A stretch of 64,000 nucleotides of DNA from an uncultured Verrucomicrobiae bacterium (GCA_963735805.1 CAVTMK010000002.1:480001-544000), one strand, 5' to 3'. Positions 1 to 7,964 are shown, numbered from the stretch's first letter. Notes: generated from the letters alone by a model not told the origin. Program-made: numbers and translations.

Positions 1-390
1 TGTATCCGTGACGGTTTGGCTTCGACCACCCGCCATAATCGCTAGACCATATTAGCCAGTTCATTCTCCGCGTTTTAATGGTGGAGGTTCGCCATTATAG
101 TGAAGACGCGCCACCACTGCAATTCAGTACCAGATTCGTGGGTCTGAGGTGAACCATAAAATTAAGGGGTGCCATTCAGCGGTTTCGGAAAACTTGGTTT
201 ATCCGTTTCCGTAGAAGTACCTTGGATAGGCAGTGTTTCATTCACACGCAGCGCTTCACGCTTGGAGCTTGGTCGTGCGTCTGGAGAGACGCAAGATCCT
301 AGCAGCGTACCCGCAGAGGAGTGAAAGCTCTGATGCGCGCAGCAGAACAGATTGGAGCGCCGAAGCGCCCTATCGTGACTTGGGGACACT

Positions 391-1008
391 ATGAACAAGA
401 AGAAGATCGAGACGCACAAGATAGGGCTGGTCGGCCAAGCACCTTCGCGACGCGGTGACCCGCGCAAACCACTCGCCGGCCCGAACGGCCGGAAGATTGC
501 GCGGCTCGCCGGAATGAGCTACGACGAGCTGATCGCGTGTCGGCGGAAGCACCTGAATACACACTACGACGGGACGCGTGGCAAAGGCGACGCGTTCGAC
601 CATCCGAAAGGCAATATCAACGCCGCCAACGTCCTATTGGACTGGCGCGTGGAGCGCATTGTCCTGCTCGGTAAGAATGTCGCTCGTTGCTTCGGCTTCC
701 GCGAATTGCCTTTTCTGGCGGAGATAAGCATTTATGGACGCAGGTTTTTGATCTTTCCACATCCTTCCGGCATCAATCGATGGTGGAACGAACGACGAAA
801 CGAACGACGCGCTCGACAACTTTTGCAGCGATTCCTACGGGGCGAGACGATTCGGGATGGATTCCGAAAGAGTGGAAATTCCACTGCCCCGCGGTCGCAG
901 AGGAACTCGACCGGCGCGGCCGCGAACGGTTCCCGTGGTACGATCTCGCGGCGCAGCCTGTGGCGTACTTCTCGCCATTCACCGGTGCCGAAGAATCGCC
1001 GAAGATAG
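391..1008 (+). CDS. Uracil-DNA glycosylase superfamily protein (UDG-like); C-terminal ~50 aa probably out of frame
   Basis: Motif A-like LVGQAPS near the N-terminus, central IVLLGKNVA, and motif B-like FPHPSGINRWW. No Fe-S cysteine cluster. GGGGA Shine-Dalgarno-like sequence before the ATG. Confidence 0.7.
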   Translation: MNKKKIETHKIGLVGQAPSRRGDPRKPLAGPNGRKIARLAGMSYDELIACRRKHLNTHYDGTRGKGDAFDHPKGNINAANVLLDWRVERIVLLGKNVARCFGFRELPFLAEISIYGRRFLIFPHPSGINRWWNERRNERRARQLLQRFLRGETIRDGFRKSGNSTAPRSQRNSTGAAANGSRGTISRRSLWRTSRHSPVPKNRRR

Positions 1009-1028
1009 TCGATTAGGGGCCCTTGGCT

Positions 1029-1202
1029 TCATCGGCTGATTAGATGACATGTATCGAAGTCGTTCTTCGAAGAAATCATGTGCTTTGCGTCAGAGACTTT
1101 GGTGTACCACAGCGCGCCGAACGGCAGAGCGTCGGAGATCAGGTCGAAGCCGCGTTTATCTTAGCGCGGGCGGATTTCGTACTCCTGGATCGCGAACTTC
1201 AA
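1029..1202 (-). pseudogene. Small hypothetical gene disrupted by an in-frame TAA
   Basis: TTG start overlaps the stop of the upstream ORF (TTGA). Reads MKFAIQEYEIRPR*DKRGFDLISDALPFGALWYTKVSDA with TAA at 1163-1161. Resembles, from memory only, a small YE(V/I)RPRKDKRGxDLISDxLPFGxLWY family of soil verrucomicrobia. Confidence 0.5.
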
Positions 1203-1654
1203 AAATCAACCAGCCCAAAACGCTGTGCAATCTCGCGAGAATTTTCGTCGCTTCGCAGAGCGGCTTTCAGTTGACCTGTGAAGTCCTGCTCCAGCGGATC
1301 AACGATTGAATGGTACGCCTTTTCGGCAGCATTCGGGTCCTGATTGCGGGCGCGTACGTATGCCGCATACGCATCGCTTCGCGCTTGGCTGTATTTAATA
1401 ACCGATTGCGCCACGAGACGCCAAGGGCTCTCTTTCGCATCCGGCGTGTTTAAATACTGATCCGCCGCTCCTGCCGCTTGCTGTGCCAGCCAAATCTCGC
1501 GGGTTTGACACGCATTGCTGCTCACCTCGCAAGGCATTGTTGAGCGCCACGCCTGCTCGAATTGGCCTAACGCCTGGAGCATCGTGTCTTTCTCATCCGC
1601 CCATGCTAGCGCAGGCATCAACAGAATCAGGGCTGGGAGTGCTAATCGTTTCAT
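1199..1654 (-). CDS. Secreted hypothetical protein
   Basis: Classic signal peptide MKRLALPALILLMPALAWA|DE when started at ATG 1654. Helical, Ala-rich mature region with two Cys. Confidence 0.65.
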   Translation of the reverse strand: MKRLALPALILLMPALAWADEKDTMLQALGQFEQAWRSTMPCEVSSNACQTREIWLAQQAAGAADQYLNTPDAKESPWRLVAQSVIKYSQARSDAYAAYVRARNQDPNAAEKAYHSIVDPLEQDFTGQLKAALRSDENSREIAQRFGLVDF

Positions 1655-1725
1655 AATTGGCATTGAATCACGAAGCGTCGCATGTTGCAAAGCTGTACAG
1701 GGTTCATCGATAAGCTGGCGCAACC

Positions 1726-1917
1726 CTAATCACGGGAAGGACGCTTCGGACTTTGCTTCCCGATGATTCTTGGAATGTGAGGCTTTGGCTTGTGGTCTGT
1801 CACGTGGAGAATCACTTCCCGAAGTTCACGTTTGTCCACGAGCTCGCCGCATTTTGGGCTCTGAAAGAAGTTTTCTTTTTCTTCCGGCGACAGCTCTTCG
1901 TATTCGGCAAGTGTCAT
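1726..1917 (-). CDS. Small hypothetical protein, possibly a degenerate C2H2-type metal-binding fold
   Basis: 63 aa with protein-like composition. QSPKCG...HVTDH resembles CxxC...HxxxH with the first Cys replaced by Ser. Confidence 0.5.
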   Translation of the reverse strand: MTLAEYEELSPEEKENFFQSPKCGELVDKRELREVILHVTDHKPKPHIPRIIGKQSPKRPSRD

Positions 1918-2000
1918 TTTCTAGCCTTAAACTCTGAAAAAGTAGTTCGGTTTCGTGGCTGTTTTGACGCCAAAACGTCGATATGTTCAACGGAACAGTC

Positions 2001-2271
2001 ATGCGCGCCGGCCGCGTTCAAGGTGCGCTGAAACGAGTCACTGCGGCGATACGTGACGTCGAGTCCAAGGTTGCGGCGATGAAAGCCGAACAGGACCCGC
2101 TGGCGCCGCACATTTTTTCCACGCCGTCATTATCGGAACATTCAGGGCACAAAAAGCGGAAAGCGCAGCGAATAAACAGCCCGGTTGCGTTTCAATACTG
2201 CTTGCAAGCTAGGCTTTCGCGGCAGCATCGACGAGTGGGAACGCCTCATGCGAGCAGTTGCGAGGCGGTGA
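2001..2271 (+). pseudogene. Small hypothetical gene with a frameshift and an internal stop
   Basis: MRAGRVQGALKRVTAAIRDVESKVAAMKAEQDPLAPHIF. After the T6 run (2113-2118) a protein-like continuation lies in another frame: RRHYRNIQGTKSGKRSE*TARLRFNTACKLGFRGSIDEWERLMRAVARR*, with TAA at 2173-2175. Confidence 0.45.
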
Positions 2272-2511
2272 ACGATTTCGGCACGTCTATTGGATCTACC
2301 TTGGAACATCACAGGATGCTACGGCTGTAGGATTCCGTCTGGTCAGAAAATCATCCGCCAGCCCAATTGCATCTGTTCAATAATCAAACCAGATTTTTCA
2401 CTCACCCTCCAAAGGAGGCAAAGGCGTTTTTGGGTGCGCCTCGACTAATCAACGGCGGGTTGGGAGCTTCCCGACGCTCTTCCTGTCGACAACATTAGAT
2501 TGAAAAATAAG

Positions 2512-2856
2512 ATGGCTCGCTTAATTCTGAATTGCGAAGGAGTTGGTCTCATAATGCGTGAGTTGGGTCGCGACATTGTAATGATTGGCCGTTCCCCATC
2601 GAACCAGATAGTCATTGATCATTCGACGGTATCAGCGCAGCATGCCGTGCTTCTGAGAACGGGTGCGTCCTATTCGCTGAAGGATTTAAATTCAGCGAAT
2701 GGGACAAGGATCAATGGCGATTTTGTCACTGATGCTGAGCTGAAGGACGGTGACACAATACGATTCGGTTCCGTCACAGCGGTTTTTGCAGGCGTTTATC
2801 GCAAGCCGCGGTCTAGCAACGGGATTAGAAAATTCTGGATGAGTATTTCGAGCTAA
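2512..2856 (+). CDS. FHA domain protein (stand-alone)
   Basis: FHA signature IGRS...VSAQHA...DLNSANGTRING...LKDGDTIRFG. Confidence 0.9.
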   Translation: MARLILNCEGVGLIMRELGRDIVMIGRSPSNQIVIDHSTVSAQHAVLLRTGASYSLKDLNSANGTRINGDFVTDAELKDGDTIRFGSVTAVFAGVYRKPRSSNGIRKFWMSISS

Positions 2857-3440
2857 AGGGAGAAAATTTGTCTTGCCGATTGCACTAGGAACGCCTCCGC
2901 CAACAGCCGTCCATGCCTTCGGTCCCCTAGATGTAGGAGCCGTGGCATTGACTCATCGGGCAGCGTAAAAACTGCCCGGTTCTTTTGCATGCTCAAGAAG
3001 ACCGTCGCGCCACAAGGGAGCAGTCGAAACCTTATTAGAACTGATGTCCTGGTGGCGCGTTTCAGCGGACGATCTGCGACAGTCGGCTGCGAGGGCCAGG
3101 ATTGAACGGGGACTAAACCAAGCCGGCGAAGTGAAAAATGACCCGCGATGAGTAAAATGTGGTTGACCGTTTGGCTGAGAGCCGGATAGCCTGAAAGTTC
3201 CTCCAGGGGGGAGCGCCGGGATAGCCACCGTTTCATGTCACCCGACGCTCCCCGCTCACCTCACTCCGTACGCAGGTAACGGCGTCCAATGAACGGTTAC
3301 TGACGAGTAACCTTTCGATTGTTGGGATCTCGGGAGTGTCACTCGTAACTTGGACTTCAGCGGACGTAGGCGAATTGCCTGAACTCGTTATACCGAAATG
3401 TTATGCATTCGGGCTCTCGGAGTCGATTTTACGAATGAAA

Positions 3441-3527
3441 CGGAAGGGGTGGGATTCGAACCCACGGTGGGTTTCCCCACGCTCGATTTCGAGTCGAGTG
3501 CCTTAAACCGGACTCAGCCACCCTTCC
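3441..3527 (-). tRNA. tRNA-Ser(CGA); CCA not encoded
   Basis: Reverse complement GGAAGGGTGGCTGAGTCCGGTTTAAGGCA-CTCGA-CTCGAAA-TCGAG-CGTGGGGAAACCCACC-GTGGGTTCGAATCCCAC-CCCTTCC-G shows the acceptor stem, anticodon CGA, long variable arm, T-loop GTTCGAATC and discriminator G. Confidence 0.97.
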
Positions 3528-3624
3528 AATTGCTCGACATTGTCGATCTTATTTTGGGATGCGCAATGCTCAGGCCGCCCAGCGTTTGCAAAGGCAACGC
3601 CGCACGCGAGCGTTCAATAACGCG

Positions 3625-4521
3625 ATGGACATTACACTCACCGATGGCGGGATTGAGACGCGAATCATTTACGATTTCAAACGCCCAATTGGTGACTTTG
3701 AGGCGTACAGGCTCCTGGCAGACGAAGCGGGCCGCGATATTCTGCGGCGAATTTACCAAAGCTATGCTGAAGTATCAGCTCGACACGGTTTGCCGATCCA
3801 GCTTGGGACGCCCACGTGGCGAGCCAGCCGTAACTGGACAAGGGATGTTCACGGTGTGAATGCCGCTGCGGTGGAATTGCTGCGCACTATTGTGCAGCCG
3901 TTTGCTGATATGCACGTCATCCTTACAGGTGTGATCGGACCGGCATCAGATGGTTACGCGACGGGCGAAGCCCTGAGTGCCGACGCTGCCTTTGCTTACC
4001 ATCGAGACCAAGCCAATGTCTTTGCGCGGCTAAATGTCGATCTTCTCTACGCACCGACGTTTCCAACATTTTCGGAGCTGTCCGGCGTTGCCCGCGCCAT
4101 GGCGGAAACTGGCTGTCCATATTCGTTGGCGCCGATGCTGCACCCGGAGGGCACAATGCTCGATGGAACGCCGTTGGCGGATGCAATCACGCGAATCGAC
4201 ACCGGGATATTTCCGGCTCCGCGTTACTACATGATCGGTTGCCTTTATCCGACACACGCCCAAACGGCGTTGCGGGCATTGGGCGCTGCTCAGCCGAGTC
4301 TCATCAAGCGCGTTCGTGGATTAAAAGCGAACTCTTCACCGCTCCCACCCGAAGAGCTCGACAAACTGAAGCATTTGGCTGCGACCGACGTTCACATTTG
4401 GGTTCGGGACGAATTGACGTGCGCGCGAGAGTTCAATCTCTCCATTCTGGGTGGCTGTTGCGGAACCGACGAGCGTTACATTGACGCTTTGGCGATGGCT
4501 GCGACCAGCAAGATGGAATAA
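3625..4521 (+). CDS. Homocysteine S-methyltransferase family protein
   Basis: N-terminal LTDGGIET, TPTWRAS, IGPxxDGY, and Zn-ligand motifs IGC and GGCCGT. Confidence 0.88.
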   Translation: MDITLTDGGIETRIIYDFKRPIGDFEAYRLLADEAGRDILRRIYQSYAEVSARHGLPIQLGTPTWRASRNWTRDVHGVNAAAVELLRTIVQPFADMHVILTGVIGPASDGYATGEALSADAAFAYHRDQANVFARLNVDLLYAPTFPTFSELSGVARAMAETGCPYSLAPMLHPEGTMLDGTPLADAITRIDTGIFPAPRYYMIGCLYPTHAQTALRALGAAQPSLIKRVRGLKANSSPLPPEELDKLKHLAATDVHIWVRDELTCAREFNLSILGGCCGTDERYIDALAMAATSKME

Positions 4522-4606
4522 TCGTTCCTGGGGCAAAAAATGTCACAATTTTAGGCTTGCCATGCCTTTCCATGGGACTGCATATTGTATGTCCCAAGGA
4601 CAGCCA

Positions 4607-4664
4607 ACGCTATTACTTGTTGTTCACCAGGATTCACAAGTTGTTTGCGCCGCTGTTCACAAGT
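4607..4664 (+). promoter_or_regulatory. Possible NrdR box plus TTCACAAGT direct repeats upstream of nrdJ
   Basis: ACGCTATTACTTGTTG (4607-4622) matches 10/16 of the NrdR consensus ACACWATATATWGTGT. TTCACAAGT occurs at 4633 and 4656. Confidence 0.35.
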
Positions 4665-4705
4665 ATTCGCATCTTATTGAAAACTTCAACCCCTCCCTCA
4701 CCGCC

Positions 4706-7700
4706 ATGATTCAGCTAAAACCGGGAATTCCGCCTGCCTCACTAAAAGGACCACACGAACCGGCCGTGCCCCGAAGAAGCAAGGCCGACAAAAAGAAAAA
4801 GTCCGGTCTGCGTTTTGAGCGCGTATTCAGCGAGGGCGCTGTTGCGCCATTTGATCAAGTTGAATGGGAACAACGCACCGCGGAAATCACGGATGACGGT
4901 GGCAAAGTGATTTTTAAGCAGGAGGACATCGAAGTCCCCAAAAGCTGGAGCGCGCTTGCGACCAAGATAGCTGTCTCGAAATATTTTTACGGCGACATCG
5001 CGAACGGCACCGATCCATACAAAGGCGGACGAGAAACCTCAGTGCGACAACTGATTCATCGAGTTACGCGCACGATTGCCGATTGGGGGCTGGCAGACGG
5101 TTACTTCGCGGACGCGGAAGCTGCGGAAGTTTTTTACGACGAACTGACCTGGCTTTGCTTGAACCAGTACGGCGCATTCAATTCACCGGTCTGGTTCAAC
5201 GTCGGCTTGTATCATCAATATGGCGTCGGCAAAGGCGCTGGGGCCGGTAATTATTTCTACAATCGAGAGACCGGCAAAGCCGAGCGCGCCGCGTCGCAAT
5301 ACGAGTATCCGCAGGGAAGTGCATGTTTCATCCAGAGTGTACACGACACGATGGAAGACATCATGCGGTTGGCGACCAGCGAAGCGATGCTTTTCAAGTA
5401 TGGCAGTGGCACCGGCACCGATCTTTCTTCGCTCAGGTCAACAAGAGAAAAATTGAGCGGCGGCGGCAAGCCCAGCGGACCGCTCTCCTTTCTGAAAGTT
5501 TACGACCAGGTCGCGAATGTGGTGAAGAGCGGCGGCAAAACGCGGCGTGCCGCGAAAATGAACACACTCAAGGATTGGCACCCGGACATCGAAGAATTCA
5601 TCGACGCGAAACAGAAAGAAGAGAAGAAGGCGTGGGCGCTTATCGAGCAGGGCTACGATGGCAGTTACAACGGCGATGCATACGGCTCAGTCATGTATCA
5701 AAACGAAAATGTGAGCGTGCGTGTCAGCGATGAATTCATGGAGGCGGCGTTGGAAGGCCGCGAATGGTGGACGCGCCGGGTAACGGACAGCAAACCGTGC
5801 GAACGCAAAGAAGCGCGCACGCTGTTACGCAAGATCGCCGAAGGAACATATATCTGTGGCGACCCTGGAATGCAGTTCGACTCCACGATACACAAATGGC
5901 ACACCTGCAAAGGCACGGCTCGTCAGAATTCCACGAACCCATGCTCGGAATATCTCTTTCTTGATAACACCGCATGCAATCTGGCTTCGCTGAATTTGAT
6001 GAAATTTAAGACACCGGAGGGTGACTTTGATGTCGAGCGTTTCAAGTCGGCGGTGCGCATTTTCATCACGGCGCAAGAGATCATCGTTGATAATGCCAGT
6101 TACCCGATCAAAGAAATCGCGGAGAACTCGCATATTTTCCGCACCCTCGGACTTGGCTATGCGAACCTCGGATCGCTCATCATGAGCTACGGTTTCGGCT
6201 ACGATAGTGTCGAAGGCCGGGCGCTCTGTGGCGCGATCACCGCTATTATGACCGGTGAAGCGTACGAGCAAAGCGCACGATTGGCTCGGGCTATGGCTCC
6301 GTTTCCAGGTTATCGCGACGCGCGCGCCAGCGGAGTGCCGAAGCCAGTCGCCAAAGACAACGTCCCATCGATGCTGGAAGTGATTGAATTGCACCGGGGC
6401 GCCGTCTGCGAAATCTCGGATGCGAAGGAATTCGCGCATTTGAAAAAAGAAGCCGCAAAAGTCTGGGACAGCGCGGCGGAACTTGGAAAGCGCTACGGTT
6501 ATCGAAACGCGCAAGTCACTGTGCTGGCGCCGACAGGCACGATCAGTTTCCTGATGGATTGCGACACGACAGGGATTGAGCCGGACATTGCGCTGGTGAA
6601 ATACAAACTGCTCGCGGGCGGCGGGATGCTCAAAATTGTCAACCAAACGATTACACCCGCGTTAGAGAAACTCGGTTACACTTCCGAAGAAATCGAGCGC
6701 ATCATCGCGCATATTGACGCGTTCGACACCATCGAGGATGTCACCGATACCGATGGATCGACAATTTCATCGGGATTGAAGCCGGAGCACTTGCCAGTAT
6801 TCGATTGCGCGTTCAAGCCGTTCAAAGGCGAGCGCAGTCTCAATTACCTGGCGCACCTGCGAATGATGGCCGCAGCGCAGCCATTTCTCAGCGGCGCAAT
6901 TTCGAAGACCGTTAACATGCCCGAAGCCGCCACGGTGGACGACATCATGAACACCTACGTCGAAGGGTGGCGCCTCGGTTTGAAATCGGTGGCGATTTAC
7001 CGGGAGGGATCGAAACGATCCGCGCCACTAAACACCCGGAAGACAAAAGACATGGGTGCTGTAGCCGGCATCGATAATGCCGGTTCTCTTGACGCGACCG
7101 ACACCGACGCATTGCAGAAACGCATTCTCGAACTGGAACAGGAAGTGGCGTCGTTGCGTGGCCTGGTCGATCAACCGGTGCGGCACCGCATGACCGACAC
7201 CCGCATGTCGCTCACCCACAAGTTTGAGATCGCCGGTCACGAAGGTTATATCACCGTCGGCCTCTTCGCCGACGGTCAGCCCGGCGAGCTTTTCATCACC
7301 ATGTCCAAAGAAGGCAGCACCATCGGCGGATTGATGGATACAGTTGGCACGCTGACGTCCATCGCCCTGCAGTACGGTGTGCCGCTCGAAAGCCTGATCA
7401 AGAAGTTTGCTTACCAGCGATTTGAGCCGAGCGGTTTCACAAAGAACCCCGATATCCGCCACGCCACCAGCATCACTGATTACGTGTTTCGTTGGCTAGG
7501 GTGCCAGTTCATTAAGGGTTATAAGGAAGCCACTTCGCCCAACCGAGGCCAGCCGGACCTGCCGCTCAAGGAGATTCTCGAGATCGAGAAGAAGGCCGTT
7601 AACCGACCGGTCTCGGATTTAGCACGCACAGCCGAGAAAGAAGTGATCGACGTCATCACAAATCATCCACCGGGCGATTCCGAGTCTGGCCGACAGAATG

Positions 7701-7852
7701 GGAACGGGAATGGTCACGCCGACCGTGTAACAGTCGCGCTTGGAAGCATCTTCATGGGAATCACCTGTTCGGTTTGCGGCAGCGACAAGGTGATCCGTGC
7801 CGGCGCCTGTGGCGTTTGCACTGAATGCGGCACCAGCCAGGGGTGTAGCTAA
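4706..7852 (+). CDS. nrdJ: Adenosylcobalamin-dependent (class II) ribonucleotide reductase with C-terminal TSCPD-type domain and Zn ribbon
   Basis: FNSPVWFN, QGSACFI, SGGKTRRAAKM, catalytic TNPCSEY, ACNLASLN, APTGTISF, SGAISKTVN, and C-terminal CSVCG...CTECG...GCS. Start placed at ATG 4706. Confidence 0.95.
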   Translation: MIQLKPGIPPASLKGPHEPAVPRRSKADKKKKSGLRFERVFSEGAVAPFDQVEWEQRTAEITDDGGKVIFKQEDIEVPKSWSALATKIAVSKYFYGDIANGTDPYKGGRETSVRQLIHRVTRTIADWGLADGYFADAEAAEVFYDELTWLCLNQYGAFNSPVWFNVGLYHQYGVGKGAGAGNYFYNRETGKAERAASQYEYPQGSACFIQSVHDTMEDIMRLATSEAMLFKYGSGTGTDLSSLRSTREKLSGGGKPSGPLSFLKVYDQVANVVKSGGKTRRAAKMNTLKDWHPDIEEFIDAKQKEEKKAWALIEQGYDGSYNGDAYGSVMYQNENVSVRVSDEFMEAALEGREWWTRRVTDSKPCERKEARTLLRKIAEGTYICGDPGMQFDSTIHKWHTCKGTARQNSTNPCSEYLFLDNTACNLASLNLMKFKTPEGDFDVERFKSAVRIFITAQEIIVDNASYPIKEIAENSHIFRTLGLGYANLGSLIMSYGFGYDSVEGRALCGAITAIMTGEAYEQSARLARAMAPFPGYRDARASGVPKPVAKDNVPSMLEVIELHRGAVCEISDAKEFAHLKKEAAKVWDSAAELGKRYGYRNAQVTVLAPTGTISFLMDCDTTGIEPDIALVKYKLLAGGGMLKIVNQTITPALEKLGYTSEEIERIIAHIDAFDTIEDVTDTDGSTISSGLKPEHLPVFDCAFKPFKGERSLNYLAHLRMMAAAQPFLSGAISKTVNMPEAATVDDIMNTYVEGWRLGLKSVAIYREGSKRSAPLNTRKTKDMGAVAGIDNAGSLDATDTDALQKRILELEQEVASLRGLVDQPVRHRMTDTRMSLTHKFEIAGHEGYITVGLFADGQPGELFITMSKEGSTIGGLMDTVGTLTSIALQYGVPLESLIKKFAYQRFEPSGFTKNPDIRHATSITDYVFRWLGCQFIKGYKEATSPNRGQPDLPLKEILEIEKKAVNRPVSDLARTAEKEVIDVITNHPPGDSESGRQNGNGNGHADRVTVALGSIFMGITCSVCGSDKVIRAGACGVCTECGTSQGCS

Positions 7853-7964
7853 GGACGAAGCTTTAGGCCCTGGACTTTACAGTCCAAGTCCTTGATTGGC
7901 GCAACTGCGATCAAGACAGCTGTCTTGAGGTTCGGACGATCTGATCTTGCAGACTTTTTAAGCG

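Noticed and set aside
320..350. GAAA and CTGATG words suggesting a hammerhead ribozyme
   Set aside because: The core is CTGATGC rather than CTGANGA, and the three required stems could not be built.
2853..3236. ORF-track ORFs of 127 aa and 91 aa on the minus strand
   Set aside because: No recognisable motifs or coding-like composition; the region is better explained as structured non-coding DNA.
2470..3250. 10-bp direct repeat CCCGACGCTC at 2470 and 3241 as a target-site duplication
   Set aside because: A 10-mer match within ~1 kb of GC-rich DNA can easily arise by chance, and no terminal inverted repeats or transposase accompany it.
3383..3411. GTTATACCGAAATGTTATGC as a dif-like XerCD site
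   Set aside because: The XerD arm matches only TTATG and the spacer length is wrong.
3398..3859. 153-aa ORF spanning the tRNA
   Set aside because: It is an antisense translation of tRNA-Ser and overlaps the methyltransferase out of frame.
4451..4705. N-terminal 85-aa extension of NrdJ in the ORF track
   Set aside because: It overlaps the upstream gene and crosses an AT-rich promoter-like region; ATG 4706 is the more plausible start.
5825..6646. Long antisense and alternate-frame ORFs such as 273 aa in nrdJ, 240 aa at 25135-25857 and 217 aa at 59236-59889
   Set aside because: Shadow ORFs expected from GC-rich codon bias inside well-supported genes.
4706..7852. Intein or intron in nrdJ, a common insertion target
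   Set aside because: The reading frame is continuous, of normal length, and shows no intein N- or C-terminal motifs or homing-endonuclease motifs.
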